From assembly GCA_965226585.1 (NCBI GenBank), contig OZ245366.1:576001-640000 (forward strand): a stretch of 64,000 nt of DNA. The letters are read 5' to 3'. Below are positions 18,130-28,563 of the stretch, in pieces. The stretch is from Thermodesulfobacteriota bacterium. GTDB taxonomy: Bacteria; Desulfobacterota_D; UBA1144; Nemesobacterales; Mycalebacteriaceae. The stretch's first letter is position 1, and each line of letters opens with the position of its first letter. The translations under genes were made by a program, and so were the position numbers. The notes below the pieces were generated by a model, which was not told the origin of the DNA, searched no databases, and saw nothing but the letters and a program-made list of their open reading frames with translations.

Positions 18130-18945
18130 TTAATCAACCTCCGACCCTGTTTTCCGTCTCCACATTTTGTAAAGGAAAGTCGTAAGAACAATAAGTGTAA
18201 CCACTCCTGCAACTTTTACCATAGCGATAGCCCGCAGAGCGTATTTTTTGCCTACGGGGTCGAATTTATAACAGAAAAGAAGCACTTTGTTAATTACCGG
18301 CGTCTCGCCGATAAGCCCGTCCGCCGCCTCAATCAGCGCGAGTTTTACGTCTGCCGGTTTGTGCTGAATGCCGTAAAGATAGCGCGCGACCCTGCCGTCA
18401 GGCGTAAGGGCTATAAGGGCGGACTGGTGGTCGAAACTGTCGCCCTCTTTTCTGAATTTGAAACCCACGGTATCTGTCAATCTCTTTATATTTTCTTTGT
18501 CTGCGGTGAAAAACATCATATCTTCCGCGCCCTCTTTGCGGGTAAGCATATCTCTGTTTTCCGCCGCTTTTTCCGCGGCAAGTTTTGTTGTGTCTGTCTC
18601 GTCAAAACTCACGGTAAGAACCTTATAGTCATCGCCGATTTTAAACGACTTCAGGTCGTCCGCAAGAGAGTTCACGCTTTCGCTCAGGTATTGCATCGCG
18701 AAACGGCAGTTATGCGGGCAGGTGTAGAACACAAGGTTGAGAAGAACCGGTTTTTCTCCGTCAAACAAACTTCCCGTTTTCACTTTTTTCCCCGTCTCAT
18801 CTGTCAGAACTATGTCTGAGGGCACAACCGCGCCGAGTTTTTCCTCTATCCCTATGGTTTCAAGTTGGGCCGTATCGGTTATTGAATTTGCCTGCGCGCT
18901 GAAGAGCAGAGCAACAAAAAAAAGCGGTAAATACAGTGGTCTCAT
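18130..18945 (-). CDS. SCO1/SenC copper chaperone
   Basis: Signal peptide, YTCPHNC CxxxC, FDH, RYLYG; heads the oxidase operon. Confidence 0.88.
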   Translation of the reverse strand: MRPLYLPLFFVALLFSAQANSITDTAQLETIGIEEKLGAVVPSDIVLTDETGKKVKTGSLFDGEKPVLLNLVFYTCPHNCRFAMQYLSESVNSLADDLKSFKIGDDYKVLTVSFDETDTTKLAAEKAAENRDMLTRKEGAEDMMFFTADKENIKRLTDTVGFKFRKEGDSFDHQSALIALTPDGRVARYLYGIQHKPADVKLALIEAADGLIGETPVINKVLLFCYKFDPVGKKYALRAIAMVKVAGVVTLIVLTTFLYKMWRRKTGSEVD

Positions 18946-18970
18946 CGCAGTTCCGGCACAGACGGGCACA

Positions 18971-18998
18971 ATTCTATACAGGGGCGTCTGTCTGTCAA
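18971..18998 (-). promoter_or_regulatory. Sigma70 promoter of the sco-cta operon
   Basis: TTGACA-16-TAGAAT on minus strand. Confidence 0.6.
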
Positions 18999-19137
18999 GA
19001 AATCGCGCGGCTGTCTCCGCGCGCCCCGCAAAAACGGTGTTTCCGCCCAGCCCCTTACGAACTTCAGGTTTTCAAACGCTCTGATTCTCTTTGAGAGCGG
19101 AACCGGTTATGCCCGCGCCGATAATGAGAAAATCGCA

Positions 19138-20334
19138 TCAACCGCCGCGCCTTCCTTTCAGGCGTAGGGCGTTTAGCGTGATAAACCCTTCGGCGTCCGC
19201 CTGATTGTATAAGTCGTCTTTTTCAAAAGTGGCGAGTTGCGGGTTGTAGAGCGATTTTTTCGCTTTTCTCCCGACCACCGAAACCGCGCCTTTGTATAAC
19301 TTCATCCGCGCCGTGCCGGTTACGTTCTTCTGCGATTCTTCAACCGTTTTCATCAGCGCGTCCATCTCAGGCGAATACCAGAAACCGTAGTAGATAATCT
19401 CTGAAATCTTTGTCGCAAGAGAGTCTTTCAGGCGCGCAACCTCGCGGTCAACCGTCAGAGACTCAACCGCCCTGTGCGCCGGATGAAGAACCGTTCCGGC
19501 GGGCGTCTCATACACGCCGCGCGATTTCATTCCCACAAAACGGTTTTCAACTATGTCCACCCGTCCTATCCCGTGCCGCCCCGCGATTTTGTTCAGGCGG
19601 ACTATCAGTTTTGCGGGCGACATCCGTTTTCCGTCTATGGCAACGGGACAACCCTTTGCAAAATCTATCTCCACATATTGGGGCTTGTCCGGGGCTTTGC
19701 GGGCGTCCGCCGTCATCTCAAACATCGTCTCATCCGGCTCCGCCCACGGGTCTTCAAGAACGCCGCCCTCATAACTGGTGTGAAACAGGTTTCTGTCGCA
19801 ACTGTAAGGCTTTTTACGGGTTACGGGGATTTTAATTCCATGATTTTTCGCAAATCCCAGCAAGTCTTCACGCGACTCAAAATCCCACTCGCGCCATGGG
19901 GAAATTATCCGCATCTTCGGCGCGAAAGCGTGATACACAAGTTCAAAACGCACCTGATCGTTTCCCTTTCCGGTCGCGCCGTGGGAAACCGCAAACGCCT
20001 TTTCTTTGAGGGCAACTTCAACCTGTTTGCGGGCTATAAGAGGACGGGCGAGAGAGGTTCCGAGCAGGTACGAACCTTCATAGATAGCGCCGGACTTTAT
20101 GGCGGGAAAAACAAAATCCCGCGCGAATTCCTCTTTCAAATCGGCAACATAAGTTTTTGCCGCGCCCGTTTCAATCGCCTTTTTCTTCGCGGCTTCTATG
20201 TCTTCGTTCTGCCCCACATCCGCTATGAACGCGATGACTTCGGCGTCATATTCGGCGACAAGCCATTTCACTATGATTGAAGTGTCAAGCCCGCCGGAGT
20301 AGGCGAGAACAACTTTTTTTCGTGATTTTTTCAT
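19138..20334 (-). CDS. argG: Argininosuccinate synthase
   Basis: [33 protein letters not shown]. Confidence 0.97.
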   Translation of the reverse strand: MKKSRKKVVLAYSGGLDTSIIVKWLVAEYDAEVIAFIADVGQNEDIEAAKKKAIETGAAKTYVADLKEEFARDFVFPAIKSGAIYEGSYLLGTSLARPLIARKQVEVALKEKAFAVSHGATGKGNDQVRFELVYHAFAPKMRIISPWREWDFESREDLLGFAKNHGIKIPVTRKKPYSCDRNLFHTSYEGGVLEDPWAEPDETMFEMTADARKAPDKPQYVEIDFAKGCPVAIDGKRMSPAKLIVRLNKIAGRHGIGRVDIVENRFVGMKSRGVYETPAGTVLHPAHRAVESLTVDREVARLKDSLATKISEIIYYGFWYSPEMDALMKTVEESQKNVTGTARMKLYKGAVSVVGRKAKKSLYNPQLATFEKDDLYNQADAEGFITLNALRLKGRRGG

Positions 20335-20350
20335 CTCCGCTCCCGAGAGA

Positions 20351-20767
20351 TTAACCCTCCGCGCTCTGACCTCTGAGGTCTAAAAGGTAGAACTTCGCCC
20401 CGCTGTTTTCGTAAAACTTTTCAAGAGACAGCCCCACATATTCTATTCTTTGGAGTTCGCCGCCCTCACGCTGAATCTTTTTTACCTCATCCGAAACCTT
20501 CGCTTTGAGGGCTATCTGTTTGTCCGGAACCTGCTGGCAGATACAGCCGAGAACCATATCGGTTTCCTTAAAATCGTTGTCCACTATAAGCCCGACCGAG
20601 CAAGTGGCGTTGGCAAGTTCAAACACAACAATCGTAACCTCAGGGGTGGAGCCGGAAGGGTCTTCGGCAACAAACCTGTATCCGTAAATCTCAATCTCGC
20701 CGCCGGAACCGATTATTGAATCAAGGTTCCAGTAGTCTTCATTTTCAATCATGCAGATTACGCGCAT
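20351..20767 (-). CDS. Hypothetical protein
   Basis: Clean ORF filling the rluD-argG gap, RBS GGAGG/GAGGTG, host-like codons; no family recognised. Confidence 0.7.
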   Translation of the reverse strand: MRVICMIENEDYWNLDSIIGSGGEIEIYGYRFVAEDPSGSTPEVTIVVFELANATCSVGLIVDNDFKETDMVLGCICQQVPDKQIALKAKVSDEVKKIQREGGELQRIEYVGLSLEKFYENSGAKFYLLDLRGQSAEG

Positions 20768-20829
20768 ATCACCTCTTCCTCCGCAAAGAGACTACACTAC
20801 CGGAAAGCCGCCGTTTTTATCAAGCGGTT

Positions 20830-21810
20830 TCATCCGCACCCTGAGAGAAAATCCAGCGCGTCCGCCATATCCATGGCAAGCGGGGCGCGGAAACTCACAT
20901 CCTTTCCCGAAGACGGATGACGGAAACCGATTGCGGAAGCGTGAAGCGCCTGCCTCTTCAAAATTTTTGACAGCCCCGAAGACGCGAGGCGGAGTTTTGC
21001 CGGTTTTCCACAGTAAAGCGCGTCTGCCGCAACGGGATGACCCGCTTCGGAAAAGTGAACTCTTATCTGATGAGTCCTGCCGGTTTTGGGCGATATTCTG
21101 ACGAAAGTCCAGTCGCTGAAACACTCAACCGTTTCCCAGTCCGTTACAGACTCCCGCGCTCTTGCCGGATTTTTTCCCGACATCTTTTTTCTGTTTGACG
21201 GGCTTCTTCCTATCGCGGAAGAGAAAACTCCCGAACCGCCTTTCATCTGCCCCCACACAAGGGCGTGATACTCCTTTTTCACCGAGCGTCCCGCGAACTG
21301 GGCGGCAAGGGCGGCATGGCAAATATCGTTTTTCGCGGCGATGACAACGCCCGATGTGTCTTTGTCAAGACGGTGGACAATGCCGGGTCTGAGGCTTCCG
21401 CCGACAGAGGAAAGCGCCGGGTATCTGTGAGCAAGAGCGTTTGCGACCGTTGAACTTTTCCGCCCCGCGCCGGGATGGATAACCATTCCCGCGGGCTTGT
21501 TTATCACTATCAGGTCGTCATCCTCAAATATCACGTCAAGCGGTATGTTTTCGGGAACAACGGAATCGCCGCGCGGCTGAGGGGCGCGAAACTGTATCTT
21601 TTCTCCGCCCCCGACAATCACAGACGGCTTGAATTTTCTGCCGTCCATAAGAATATCGCCTGATTTGATAAGCGCGGCGATGCGACTGCGGCTTTGCGGC
21701 AAAACGGATGAAAGGGCGAAATCAGCCCTTTTTCCGGCGCAACCGGCGGGCAGGGTTACGGCGCGGACGGTTTCGCCCGAATCCGAAGATGTTGCCGCTT
21801 TGCCCCGCAT
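20830..21810 (-). CDS. rluD: RluA-family pseudouridine synthase
   Basis: S4 domain, NKPAGMVIHP, GIVHRLDKDTSG, TGRTHQIRVH, QALHA. Confidence 0.93.
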   Translation of the reverse strand: MRGKAATSSDSGETVRAVTLPAGCAGKRADFALSSVLPQSRSRIAALIKSGDILMDGRKFKPSVIVGGGEKIQFRAPQPRGDSVVPENIPLDVIFEDDDLIVINKPAGMVIHPGAGRKSSTVANALAHRYPALSSVGGSLRPGIVHRLDKDTSGVVIAAKNDICHAALAAQFAGRSVKKEYHALVWGQMKGGSGVFSSAIGRSPSNRKKMSGKNPARARESVTDWETVECFSDWTFVRISPKTGRTHQIRVHFSEAGHPVAADALYCGKPAKLRLASSGLSKILKRQALHASAIGFRHPSSGKDVSFRAPLAMDMADALDFLSGCG

Positions 21811-21825
21811 AACGGAAAAGAGTAT

Positions 21826-22440
21826 CTAATTGCACGGCGAACTGTCTCTGTCCGCCGTGAATGAGCCCGGAACTCCCCGGCTGTTTTCGTAGTCAATTGT
21901 TTCGCACCTTACAACGCCGTCCTCGTAAACCGCGAAATCCCTTTTGCCCGTAACCCCCGCGCTTATCGGAGATGCCTGCCACCCGAAGCCCGCAACGTAA
22001 AGCCCGTCTGCCGTTCCCGTGCCGTCTTGAGAATCAAAATCAGCCCTTATGCAATATCCGGCTTTCGGTTTTTCGCATGACGCTGTTCCGGACGAACCGG
22101 CATCCGCTCCTTCAAAAGATTCGTCAACAAGGGCGTCAAGCGCGCCGCATGATTCTCCCGACCCCTTCGGGCAGCGGAGAGACGGAGCGGTGGAGAGGTC
22201 TCCCACTTTGTCCGTGTAGTTTTGAATGCCATCTTCATCCGCGTCTTCAACGGAGAATTGAAATTCCGCGGAGCTCAACACCTGAAGCAGTTTTTTCGCG
22301 CTGAGTTCATTCGCCGTTGACCTCGCTCCCAGAAAGTTCGGGACCGCGAACGCGGCAAGCACCCCGATGATTATCAGAACAACAAGAAGCTCCACAAGGG
22401 TGAAGCCCGCATTCCTTCCTTTTTGTTTTCCGCAATTCAT
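21826..22440 (-). CDS. Type IV pilin-like protein
   Basis: Class III signal peptide NAG|FTLVELLVVLIIIGVLAAFAVPNF; several Cys; DADEDG motif; start uncertain (22440-22458). Confidence 0.88.
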   Translation of the reverse strand: MNCGKQKGRNAGFTLVELLVVLIIIGVLAAFAVPNFLGARSTANELSAKKLLQVLSSAEFQFSVEDADEDGIQNYTDKVGDLSTAPSLRCPKGSGESCGALDALVDESFEGADAGSSGTASCEKPKAGYCIRADFDSQDGTGTADGLYVAGFGWQASPISAGVTGKRDFAVYEDGVVRCETIDYENSRGVPGSFTADRDSSPCN

Positions 22441-22504
22441 TCGCATTTTCACGCGCAAGATATTTGCCGGATATTTTACAGCATGGCGGAAATGTCGGCA
22501 ACGC

Positions 22505-23299
22505 TTACGCGGCGTCTCCCGAAACGATTTTCACAAGTTCGCCGTCTGCCGTTTCAATATACAGAAAGCCGCCGCCGTCAACCTTTCTCGCGATGCCTTC
22601 AATCTCTTTTCCGTTGTTTTTCACCCTGACCGTCCGGTTCAGCTTTCCCCACTCCGCCGCCCACCGGGCAACCGTCCAGTCCGCCCCTTTTGAGACAAAT
22701 CCGCTTTGCTGTCTGAAAAGGTTTTCTATCAGCGCCGATGCGAAACTCCCCCTGTCAACCTCGCGCCCCAGAACCGTGGAAACAGATGACACGGTGTCTG
22801 AAAAACCAGCCATAAGTTCGCGGGCGCGCTCCGGGGAAAGGTTGATGTTCACGCCTATTCCGATGACAACAAAGTCGCACATTTCGCCTCTGGGCTCTGC
22901 TTCAGAAAGGACGCCCGCGACTTTCTTTCCGTTTGAGAGAACATCGTTGGGCCATTTGATTTCCGGCTCAACACCGAAGGCGCGAAAGGTGTCGCACAGG
23001 GCGAGAGACGCCATAAAGGTTGAAGCCGGACAGCGGGAGAAACTGATTCGGGGACGGAAAAGCACGGACATGAAAAGATTTCCGCCTTCGGGAGAAACCC
23101 ACCGCCTTCCCAGCCGCCCGCGCCCCGAAGTCTGCCGGTCTGCAATAACGGTTGTTCCGTCCGCCGCTCCCGAGCGTCCCATCTCGCGCAAAACCGTGTT
23201 TGTTGAAGCCGTTTCATCAAGCAGAAGAAGTTCTCCTCCGCCCGGCAGCACCGCCGCTTCAATCGCTTCTTTTTCGCTTTGTGAAAAACCCATTGCCAT
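22505..23299 (-). CDS. birA: Biotin-protein ligase (no N-terminal HTH)
   Basis: STN, QTSGRGRLGRRW, IKWPND, KKVAGVL, GIGVN. Confidence 0.93.
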   Translation of the reverse strand: MAMGFSQSEKEAIEAAVLPGGGELLLLDETASTNTVLREMGRSGAADGTTVIADRQTSGRGRLGRRWVSPEGGNLFMSVLFRPRISFSRCPASTFMASLALCDTFRAFGVEPEIKWPNDVLSNGKKVAGVLSEAEPRGEMCDFVVIGIGVNINLSPERARELMAGFSDTVSSVSTVLGREVDRGSFASALIENLFRQQSGFVSKGADWTVARWAAEWGKLNRTVRVKNNGKEIEGIARKVDGGGFLYIETADGELVKIVSGDAA

Positions 23300-23362
23300 C
23301 ACCGGCGGCGGCTGAAGTATGCCGTGCAAACCCCCGTAAAAGCAATCTCGCGCGCGTTTCTG

Positions 23363-23390
23363 TTGACAAACAAACCCTTTGCTCTATACT
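23363..23390 (+). promoter_or_regulatory. Sigma70 promoter of tRNA gene
   Basis: TTGACA-16-TATACT, 30 nt upstream of the tRNA. Confidence 0.7.
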
Positions 23391-23420
23391 ACCCAGTTTG
23401 CGGCTCTAGGCTCCGTGACA

Positions 23421-23494
23421 GGGCCCATAGCTCAGTTGGTCAGAGCAGCGGACTCATAATCCGTTGGTCCCAGGTTCGAGTCCTGGTGGGCCCA
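23421..23494 (+). tRNA. tRNA with CAT anticodon, most likely tRNA-Ile2 (lysidine); CCA not encoded
   Basis: GGGCCCA/TGGGCCC acceptor stem, TAGCTCAG D-arm, GCGGA-CTCATAA-TCCGT anticodon arm, GGTTCGAGTCC T-arm; resembles ileX-type rather than initiator Met. Confidence 0.93.
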
Positions 23495-23511
23495 TACTTC
23501 ATGGAAATGTA

Positions 23512-24243
23512 ATGCGCGAAACTGAAGGTTCACAAAACGACATAAGACAGCAGATAGAAAGACTCAAACAGCTTCAGTCGGTTGATATTGAACTCAGAGA
23601 TATAGAGAGAGATCTCCAGAAATATCCGAAAGAAGTGTCCGTTTTCAAAGACGAAATCCAAGCCATTAGTGAGTCGCTTACCGAGAAAAAACTCCAGATA
23701 GAGAATCTGGACAAATCAAAATCGCTTTTTGAAAAAGACCTTGCCGAGAAAAAAGATTTTATAGATAAAACCGAGGCGCGCCTTCTGCGCATAAAAACCC
23801 ACAAAGAATACGAAGCGCTCCAGAAGGAGTTGACCGAAGCAAAAAGGGAATGCCTTGAGATTGAGGAGAACATTCTCGGTCTGATGGAAAAATCAGAGAC
23901 TTTCGCGTCCGAAACGGAGAATCTTGACAAGTCTCTCAAAGAGAAAAACGAGGAATACAAACCGAAGATAGAGGAGCTTGAAAAAACCATAAAAGACCTT
24001 GAGACCAAACACGCCCCGCGCCGCGAAGAGAAAGACTCAATCGCCGGAGGGTTGAGCTCCGAAGTTCTTCCCGTCTATTCAAAAATTTCAATGAAAACCC
24101 CGAACTTTCTCGCCCTTGCCCGCAACGAGATGTGCACAAACTGCAATATGAACATACCGCCGCAGATGTTCAACGAGGTTTTGACGCAAACCAAACTTAT
24201 CCAGTGCCCGAGTTGCAACAGAATTCTCTACTGTGAAGAATGA
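23512..24243 (+). CDS. Coiled-coil C4 zinc-ribbon protein (DUF164/CdsZ-like)
   Basis: LQSVD, long coiled coil, EYEALQKE, CTNC and CPSCNRIL. Confidence 0.88.
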   Translation: MRETEGSQNDIRQQIERLKQLQSVDIELRDIERDLQKYPKEVSVFKDEIQAISESLTEKKLQIENLDKSKSLFEKDLAEKKDFIDKTEARLLRIKTHKEYEALQKELTEAKRECLEIEENILGLMEKSETFASETENLDKSLKEKNEEYKPKIEELEKTIKDLETKHAPRREEKDSIAGGLSSEVLPVYSKISMKTPNFLALARNEMCTNCNMNIPPQMFNEVLTQTKLIQCPSCNRILYCEE

Positions 24244-24649
24244 ATCCCCAGACTCTGTCGCCCATATAGACGGTGCTTCAAAGGGAAACCCCGGCAAGTC
24301 CGCCATAGGTGTCGTTATAACAAACCCCGAAGGTGCGACTCTTACAAAAATCAAAAAGTTCATAGGCATTGCCACAAACAATCAGGCGGAATATCTCGCG
24401 CTTATCACCGCGATGGAAGCGGCGGCGAATATGGGCAGAAAACGCCTGCACGTGAATACGGATTCCCTTCTGCTTGCCAACCAGATGAACGGCGAATGGA
24501 GGGTGAAAAATCCCGCCATCGGGGTTCTGTTCAAAAAGGCGAAAGCGGCGGAAAAACGATTTGAAAAGTTCTCCATATCCCACGTGGGCAGAGAGAACAA
24601 CACCGTTGCGGACGGTCTTGCAAACGAAGCCATATTGAAATATTCTTGA
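24233..24649 (+). CDS. rnhA: Ribonuclease HI family protein
   Basis: DGASKGNPG, TNNQAEY, TDS, RENN..AD.LAN catalytic DEDD set. Confidence 0.9.
   Translation: MKNESPDSVAHIDGASKGNPGKSAIGVVITNPEGATLTKIKKFIGIATNNQAEYLALITAMEAAANMGRKRLHVNTDSLLLANQMNGEWRVKNPAIGVLFKKAKAAEKRFEKFSISHVGRENNTVADGLANEAILKYS
24618..24646 (+). promoter_or_regulatory. Sigma70 promoter of rnpB inside the rnhA 3' end
   Basis: TTGCAA-17-TATTCT, with 7 nt between the -10 box and the predicted 5' G of rnpB. Confidence 0.6.
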
Positions 24650-24653
24650 CCCC

Positions 24654-25022
24654 GCGAGTCGGTCGGGCAATCGCCCCGGCGGTTTTATCCGCCGAGGGAG
24701 GAAAGTCCGGGCTTCACAGGACAGAGCGCCGGCTAACGGCCGGGTGCCGCGAGGCAACGGAAAGTGCAGCAGAGAACAGACCGCCTGCTTCCTCCGGGAA
24801 GCCGGTAAGGGTGAAAAGGTGGTGTAAGAGACCACCGCGGGAGGCGGCAACGGCTCCCGGCATGGCAAACCCCGCTTGAAGCAAGACAAATAGGAAACGC
24901 GGCGGAGAAATTCGCCGGAGGCTGTCCGTCTCCAGTTTCGGGTTGTTGCTACAGACGTCCGGCAACGGACGCCGCAGATGAATGGTTGCTCCAGACAGAA
25001 CCCGGCTTACAGGCCGGCTCGC
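24654..25022 (+). ncRNA. rnpB: RNase P RNA (type A)
   Basis: GAGGAAAGTCCGGGC (24698), GAAAGTGCAGCAGA, GGTAAGGGTGAAAAGGTGGTGTAAGAG, ACAGAACCCGGCTTA (24995); P1 pairing GCGAGTCGGTC/GGCCGGCTCGC. Confidence 0.96.
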
Positions 25023-25037
25023 TTTTTCCGTTCCGGA

Positions 25038-25880
25038 TTAAAGGGGGTCGAGAGAAACTTTTTCTTTGATAAGACCCTTTTCAAACGCTTTGCCGTAAAG
25101 CAGTTCAACGGCTTTCCTGCCTTCTTTTCCCATATCGCGGGTGTACTCGTTGACGTACATCAGAACAAACCGTTCGGCTTTTTCGCGCTCTATTCCGCGC
25201 GAGAACCGCATCGCGTATTCAAGCGCTTCGTCTTTGTTTGAAAGCGCGTAGTCTATGCTTTCGCGATGAAGCCTGAGGGCTTCGGAAGCAATATCGGGCG
25301 GCACATCTCTTCTTATAACGTTCAGCCCCAGAGGGAGAGGAAGCGATGTTTCCGCCCCCCACAGTTTTCCTATGTCGAACACCAGCTCAAGCCCGTCGTC
25401 CCGGTAGGTAACCTGCCCCTCGTGTATGAGAAGGGCGCAATCCACCTCGCCTGACTTGACCGCGTTTGTAACGGCGTCAAACGGCATTTCAACCGGCGTG
25501 AAACCGTCTGAGTAGAGTCTCAGCAGAAGGTAGGCGGTTGTCAGTTTTCCGGGAACGGCGACCGTTTTTCCCTCAAGCGAAGCGGTGGGAGAAGAGGAAA
25601 CCACGACCGGCCCGCAGCCCATTCCCATGCTTGCCCCGCACGACATCACGCGGTAGCGGTCTTTCACATTCAGGTAGTTGCGCGCAGATATGGCGGTCAG
25701 TTCAAGTTCGCCTTCAAGCGCTCTTTTGTTGAGAGACTGTATGTCTTCCACAACGTGAGTGAACTCCACAATTTCCGAACTGACGGATCCTTCGCTCATC
25801 GCGTAAAACATAAAAGCGTCATCGGCGTCGGGGCTGTGTCCGAGCCGCATGGTTTTTTTTCTGTTTCCGTTTTCAGCCAT
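25038..25880 (-). CDS. mqnD: 1,4-dihydroxy-6-naphthoate synthase (futalosine pathway)
   Basis: GHSPDADDAFMFYA, DIQSLN, LLIHEGQ, PLPLG, MYVN. Confidence 0.88.
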   Translation of the reverse strand: MAENGNRKKTMRLGHSPDADDAFMFYAMSEGSVSSEIVEFTHVVEDIQSLNKRALEGELELTAISARNYLNVKDRYRVMSCGASMGMGCGPVVVSSSPTASLEGKTVAVPGKLTTAYLLLRLYSDGFTPVEMPFDAVTNAVKSGEVDCALLIHEGQVTYRDDGLELVFDIGKLWGAETSLPLPLGLNVIRRDVPPDIASEALRLHRESIDYALSNKDEALEYAMRFSRGIEREKAERFVLMYVNEYTRDMGKEGRKAVELLYGKAFEKGLIKEKVSLDPL

Positions 25881-25894
25881 TGCTTTTCCCTCTG

Positions 25895-26701
25895 TCAGTC
25901 CGCAAAGTTAAGGTTCGTTTCTCCGCCGTTTTTTTCTGCGGATATGAGGCGTCCGAATTCCATAAGCCCTTTTATTTCCGCCTCTCCAAGGTCGTAGCCT
26001 ATCCTGTTCTCAAGGTAGTCGCGACACAACTCTTCTCCGAGCCCCAGAGCCGCGCTTCTTTTCCTCGCTATCTCGCCGAGCATTTTCACGCCTTTTTCCT
26101 TCGCCCGTTTCAGAGCGGGCAGGGCTCCGCGCGGGTCAAAACCCTCGCGCGCCGTGAAAACCGCATACACAAACGGCAGTCCGGTTTGCCGTGTCCACAC
26201 CTCGCCGAGGTCGAAACAGAGCGGGAAGCCTTCGGGCGGAGATGAAAGCGCCTCAAGTCCCGCGTTTCCGATTGCCAGCCCGGCGTCCATGCCGGTAAAA
26301 AAATCCTTTCCGTATCCGCGTTTTTCATAAACGGGGTTTGCGCCGCTGAATATCTCAAGAGCCACTTTCAGCAGTTTCGCCGAACTGCTTGAGCCCGAAT
26401 CAACCGCCACAGACCGTATTTCGCCCATCGGTTTTTTTGAGCGCAATATCACGCTCTGCACCTTGCCGAATGACGATATGCACAGGTCTTTTAAAACCGA
26501 CAGTCCGGGACTTTCAAAAACATCCGCCGCAGGCATAAGAGAGATGTCAATTTCTTCCCGCTCCATAAGGGCGCGAAGAGAGGAGGGCGGATGAGCGGAC
26601 AGTTCAAACTTTTCAAAACCGGGCGAGGGCTCAAGGGCGGCCGTGAGCGGCTCCGTGTTGAGAAAGGGCGGAACCCCTATTCTGACGGCGTTTTGAGACA
26701 A
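25895..26701 (-). CDS. mqnA: Chorismate dehydratase (futalosine pathway)
   Basis: FLNTEPL, G.VQSV, DLGEVW...TGLPFVYAV; next to mqnD. Confidence 0.85.
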   Translation of the reverse strand: MSQNAVRIGVPPFLNTEPLTAALEPSPGFEKFELSAHPPSSLRALMEREEIDISLMPAADVFESPGLSVLKDLCISSFGKVQSVILRSKKPMGEIRSVAVDSGSSSSAKLLKVALEIFSGANPVYEKRGYGKDFFTGMDAGLAIGNAGLEALSSPPEGFPLCFDLGEVWTRQTGLPFVYAVFTAREGFDPRGALPALKRAKEKGVKMLGEIARKRSAALGLGEELCRDYLENRIGYDLGEAEIKGLMEFGRLISAEKNGGETNLNFAD

Positions 26702-26717
26702 CTGTTTCTTCCCCGCC

Positions 26718-27794
26718 TTACGACCCGGGAGTTCCTTCGCTCAGGGTGTCATGCCATTTGGACGGAACGAATATCCTTTTGAAAACGGTTGTCGCGTAAG
26801 AATCGGTCATTCCGGCAACAAAATCGCAGACCGCTCTCTCGTGGCTGTCGCCCCTGCGCGCGGGCTTCACCCCAAGCGCCTTCGCGTCTTTTTTGTTTTC
26901 GCACATGTAAACGTAGAGGGTTTTTATCATCTTGCCCGCCCTGTCGGACTCCTCTTTTGATTTGCCCGCAAGGTACACCTTGTTGAACAGGTATTCCCTT
27001 ATCTCAAGCATCGCGTCTTCAAATTTCGCGCTGATGGATATTCCGGCGCACCCTGAGGCGGTTGTTTGTTTCACTATGTCGCGCACCATTCTGTCGAGCC
27101 GTTCGGAGCCGTTTCCGCCGAGGATGTTGATACAGCGGCGGGGCAGGTCTTTTTCCGAAATAATTCCCGACCGCACCGCGTCATCTATGTCGTGATTGGC
27201 GTACGCGATGAGGTCTGAAACCCTCACGGCTTGCCCTTCAAGCGTCTGCGGCGCGTTTTTTCCGCCGTCTATGGGGCCCCGCCCTTTGGAGTGTTTTGCT
27301 ATTCCGTCCAGCACTTCGCGCGTCAGGTTCAGCCCCTTGCCGCCGTTTTCAAGACGCTCCACAACCCTCACACTGTGACGCACGTGCGAAAAGCCGCCCG
27401 GAAACACCTCATCCAGCCCGCGCTCTCCGGCGTGCCCGAAGGGCGTGTGCCCGAGGTCGTGCCCGAGGGCTATCGCTTCGGTAAGGTCTTCGTTGAGAAA
27501 AAGCGCGCGCGAGATAGTCCGCGCTATCTGCGAAACCTCAAGCACGTGGGTCAGGCGCGTTCTGTAGTGGTCGTTTGTGGGGGAGATGAACACCTGGGTT
27601 TTGTGCTTCATTCTGCGGAACGATTTACAGTGAACTATGCGGTCTCTGTCGCGCTGGAAGGGGTTTCTGACAGAGCATTCTTTTTCCGGCTTTGCCCTCC
27701 CTTTTGATTTCGAACTGAGAACGGCAAAGGGCGAAAGCGCGGCTTTCTCTCTTTCCTGAAACATCTCTCTGATTGTTTTCCGCTTCGGGGTCAA
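26718..27794 (-). CDS. dgt: dGTP triphosphohydrolase-like HD protein
   Basis: [41 protein letters not shown]. Confidence 0.93.
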   Translation of the reverse strand: MTPKRKTIREMFQEREKAALSPFAVLSSKSKGRAKPEKECSVRNPFQRDRDRIVHCKSFRRMKHKTQVFISPTNDHYRTRLTHVLEVSQIARTISRALFLNEDLTEAIALGHDLGHTPFGHAGERGLDEVFPGGFSHVRHSVRVVERLENGGKGLNLTREVLDGIAKHSKGRGPIDGGKNAPQTLEGQAVRVSDLIAYANHDIDDAVRSGIISEKDLPRRCINILGGNGSERLDRMVRDIVKQTTASGCAGISISAKFEDAMLEIREYLFNKVYLAGKSKEESDRAGKMIKTLYVYMCENKKDAKALGVKPARRGDSHERAVCDFVAGMTDSYATTVFKRIFVPSKWHDTLSEGTPGS

Positions 27795-28561
27795 ATTCTC
27801 ACCGCCACACCTTTTGAATCAAGATACCTTTTTGTGTCCATTATGCTCAAGTCGCCGTAGTGAAAAACCGAAGCGGCAAGAAGCGCGTCCGCACCGCCGC
27901 CTGTCGCGGCTTCAAGAAAATGCTCTTTCTTTCCCACCCCTCCGGACGCTATAACCGGAATTCCGGCTCCGTCTGAAACCGTCTTTGTCAGCGCGATGTC
28001 GTAGCCCTCGCGTGTGCCGTCTCTGTCCATGCTTGTAAGCAGAATCTCTCCCGCTCCCAGATGCTCCATCTTTCGCGCCCACTCTGCGGCGTCTATGCCC
28101 GTTGCGTTTCTTCCCCCGTGCGTATAGACCTCCCACGCGCCGCTCTGCCCGCTGTTTTCCACCGCGCGGGCGTCAATCGCGACCACAACGCACTGGCTTC
28201 CAAACCTCTCCGCGCACTCTTTCACGATGTCAGGGTTTTGGACGGCTGCTGTGTTGATGACAACCTTGTCCGCGCCGGCAAGCAGAAGGGTTCTCACATC
28301 CGAAGGGCTTGATATTCCGCCGCCCACAGACATGGGAACAAACACGCCCCCGGCAGTTTTCTCAACCACTTCCGCGATGGTTTTTCTGCCCTCGTGCGAA
28401 GCCGTTATATCCAGAAAAGCGATTTCGTCCGCCCCTTCCCTTGAATACCTCTCCGCGCACTGCACGGGGTCTCCCGCGTCTTTCAGCCCCACGAAGTTGA
28501 CGCCTTTCACCACCCTGCCGTCTTTTACGTCAAGGCACGGGATTATCCGTTTTGAAACCAA
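27791..28561 (-). CDS. hisF: Imidazole glycerol phosphate synthase cyclase subunit
   Basis: [31 protein letters not shown]. Confidence 0.97.
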   Translation of the reverse strand: MVSKRIIPCLDVKDGRVVKGVNFVGLKDAGDPVQCAERYSREGADEIAFLDITASHEGRKTIAEVVEKTAGGVFVPMSVGGGISSPSDVRTLLLAGADKVVINTAAVQNPDIVKECAERFGSQCVVVAIDARAVENSGQSGAWEVYTHGGRNATGIDAAEWARKMEHLGAGEILLTSMDRDGTREGYDIALTKTVSDGAGIPVIASGGVGKKEHFLEAATGGGADALLAASVFHYGDLSIMDTKRYLDSKGVAVRI

Positions 28562-28563
28562 TT

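Noticed and set aside
23421..23520. tRNA as integration site
   Set aside because: No duplicated tRNA 3' end seen; downstream genes are housekeeping
23421..25022. RNase P RNA obligately co-transcribed with its tRNA substrate
   Set aside because: rnpB has its own well-placed promoter (24618-24646); Zn-ribbon-rnhA-rnpB synteny is a familiar arrangement
24278..25241. ORFs overlapping rnpB (203, 77, 83, 87 aa)
   Set aside because: Region is explained by the RNase P RNA and rnhA
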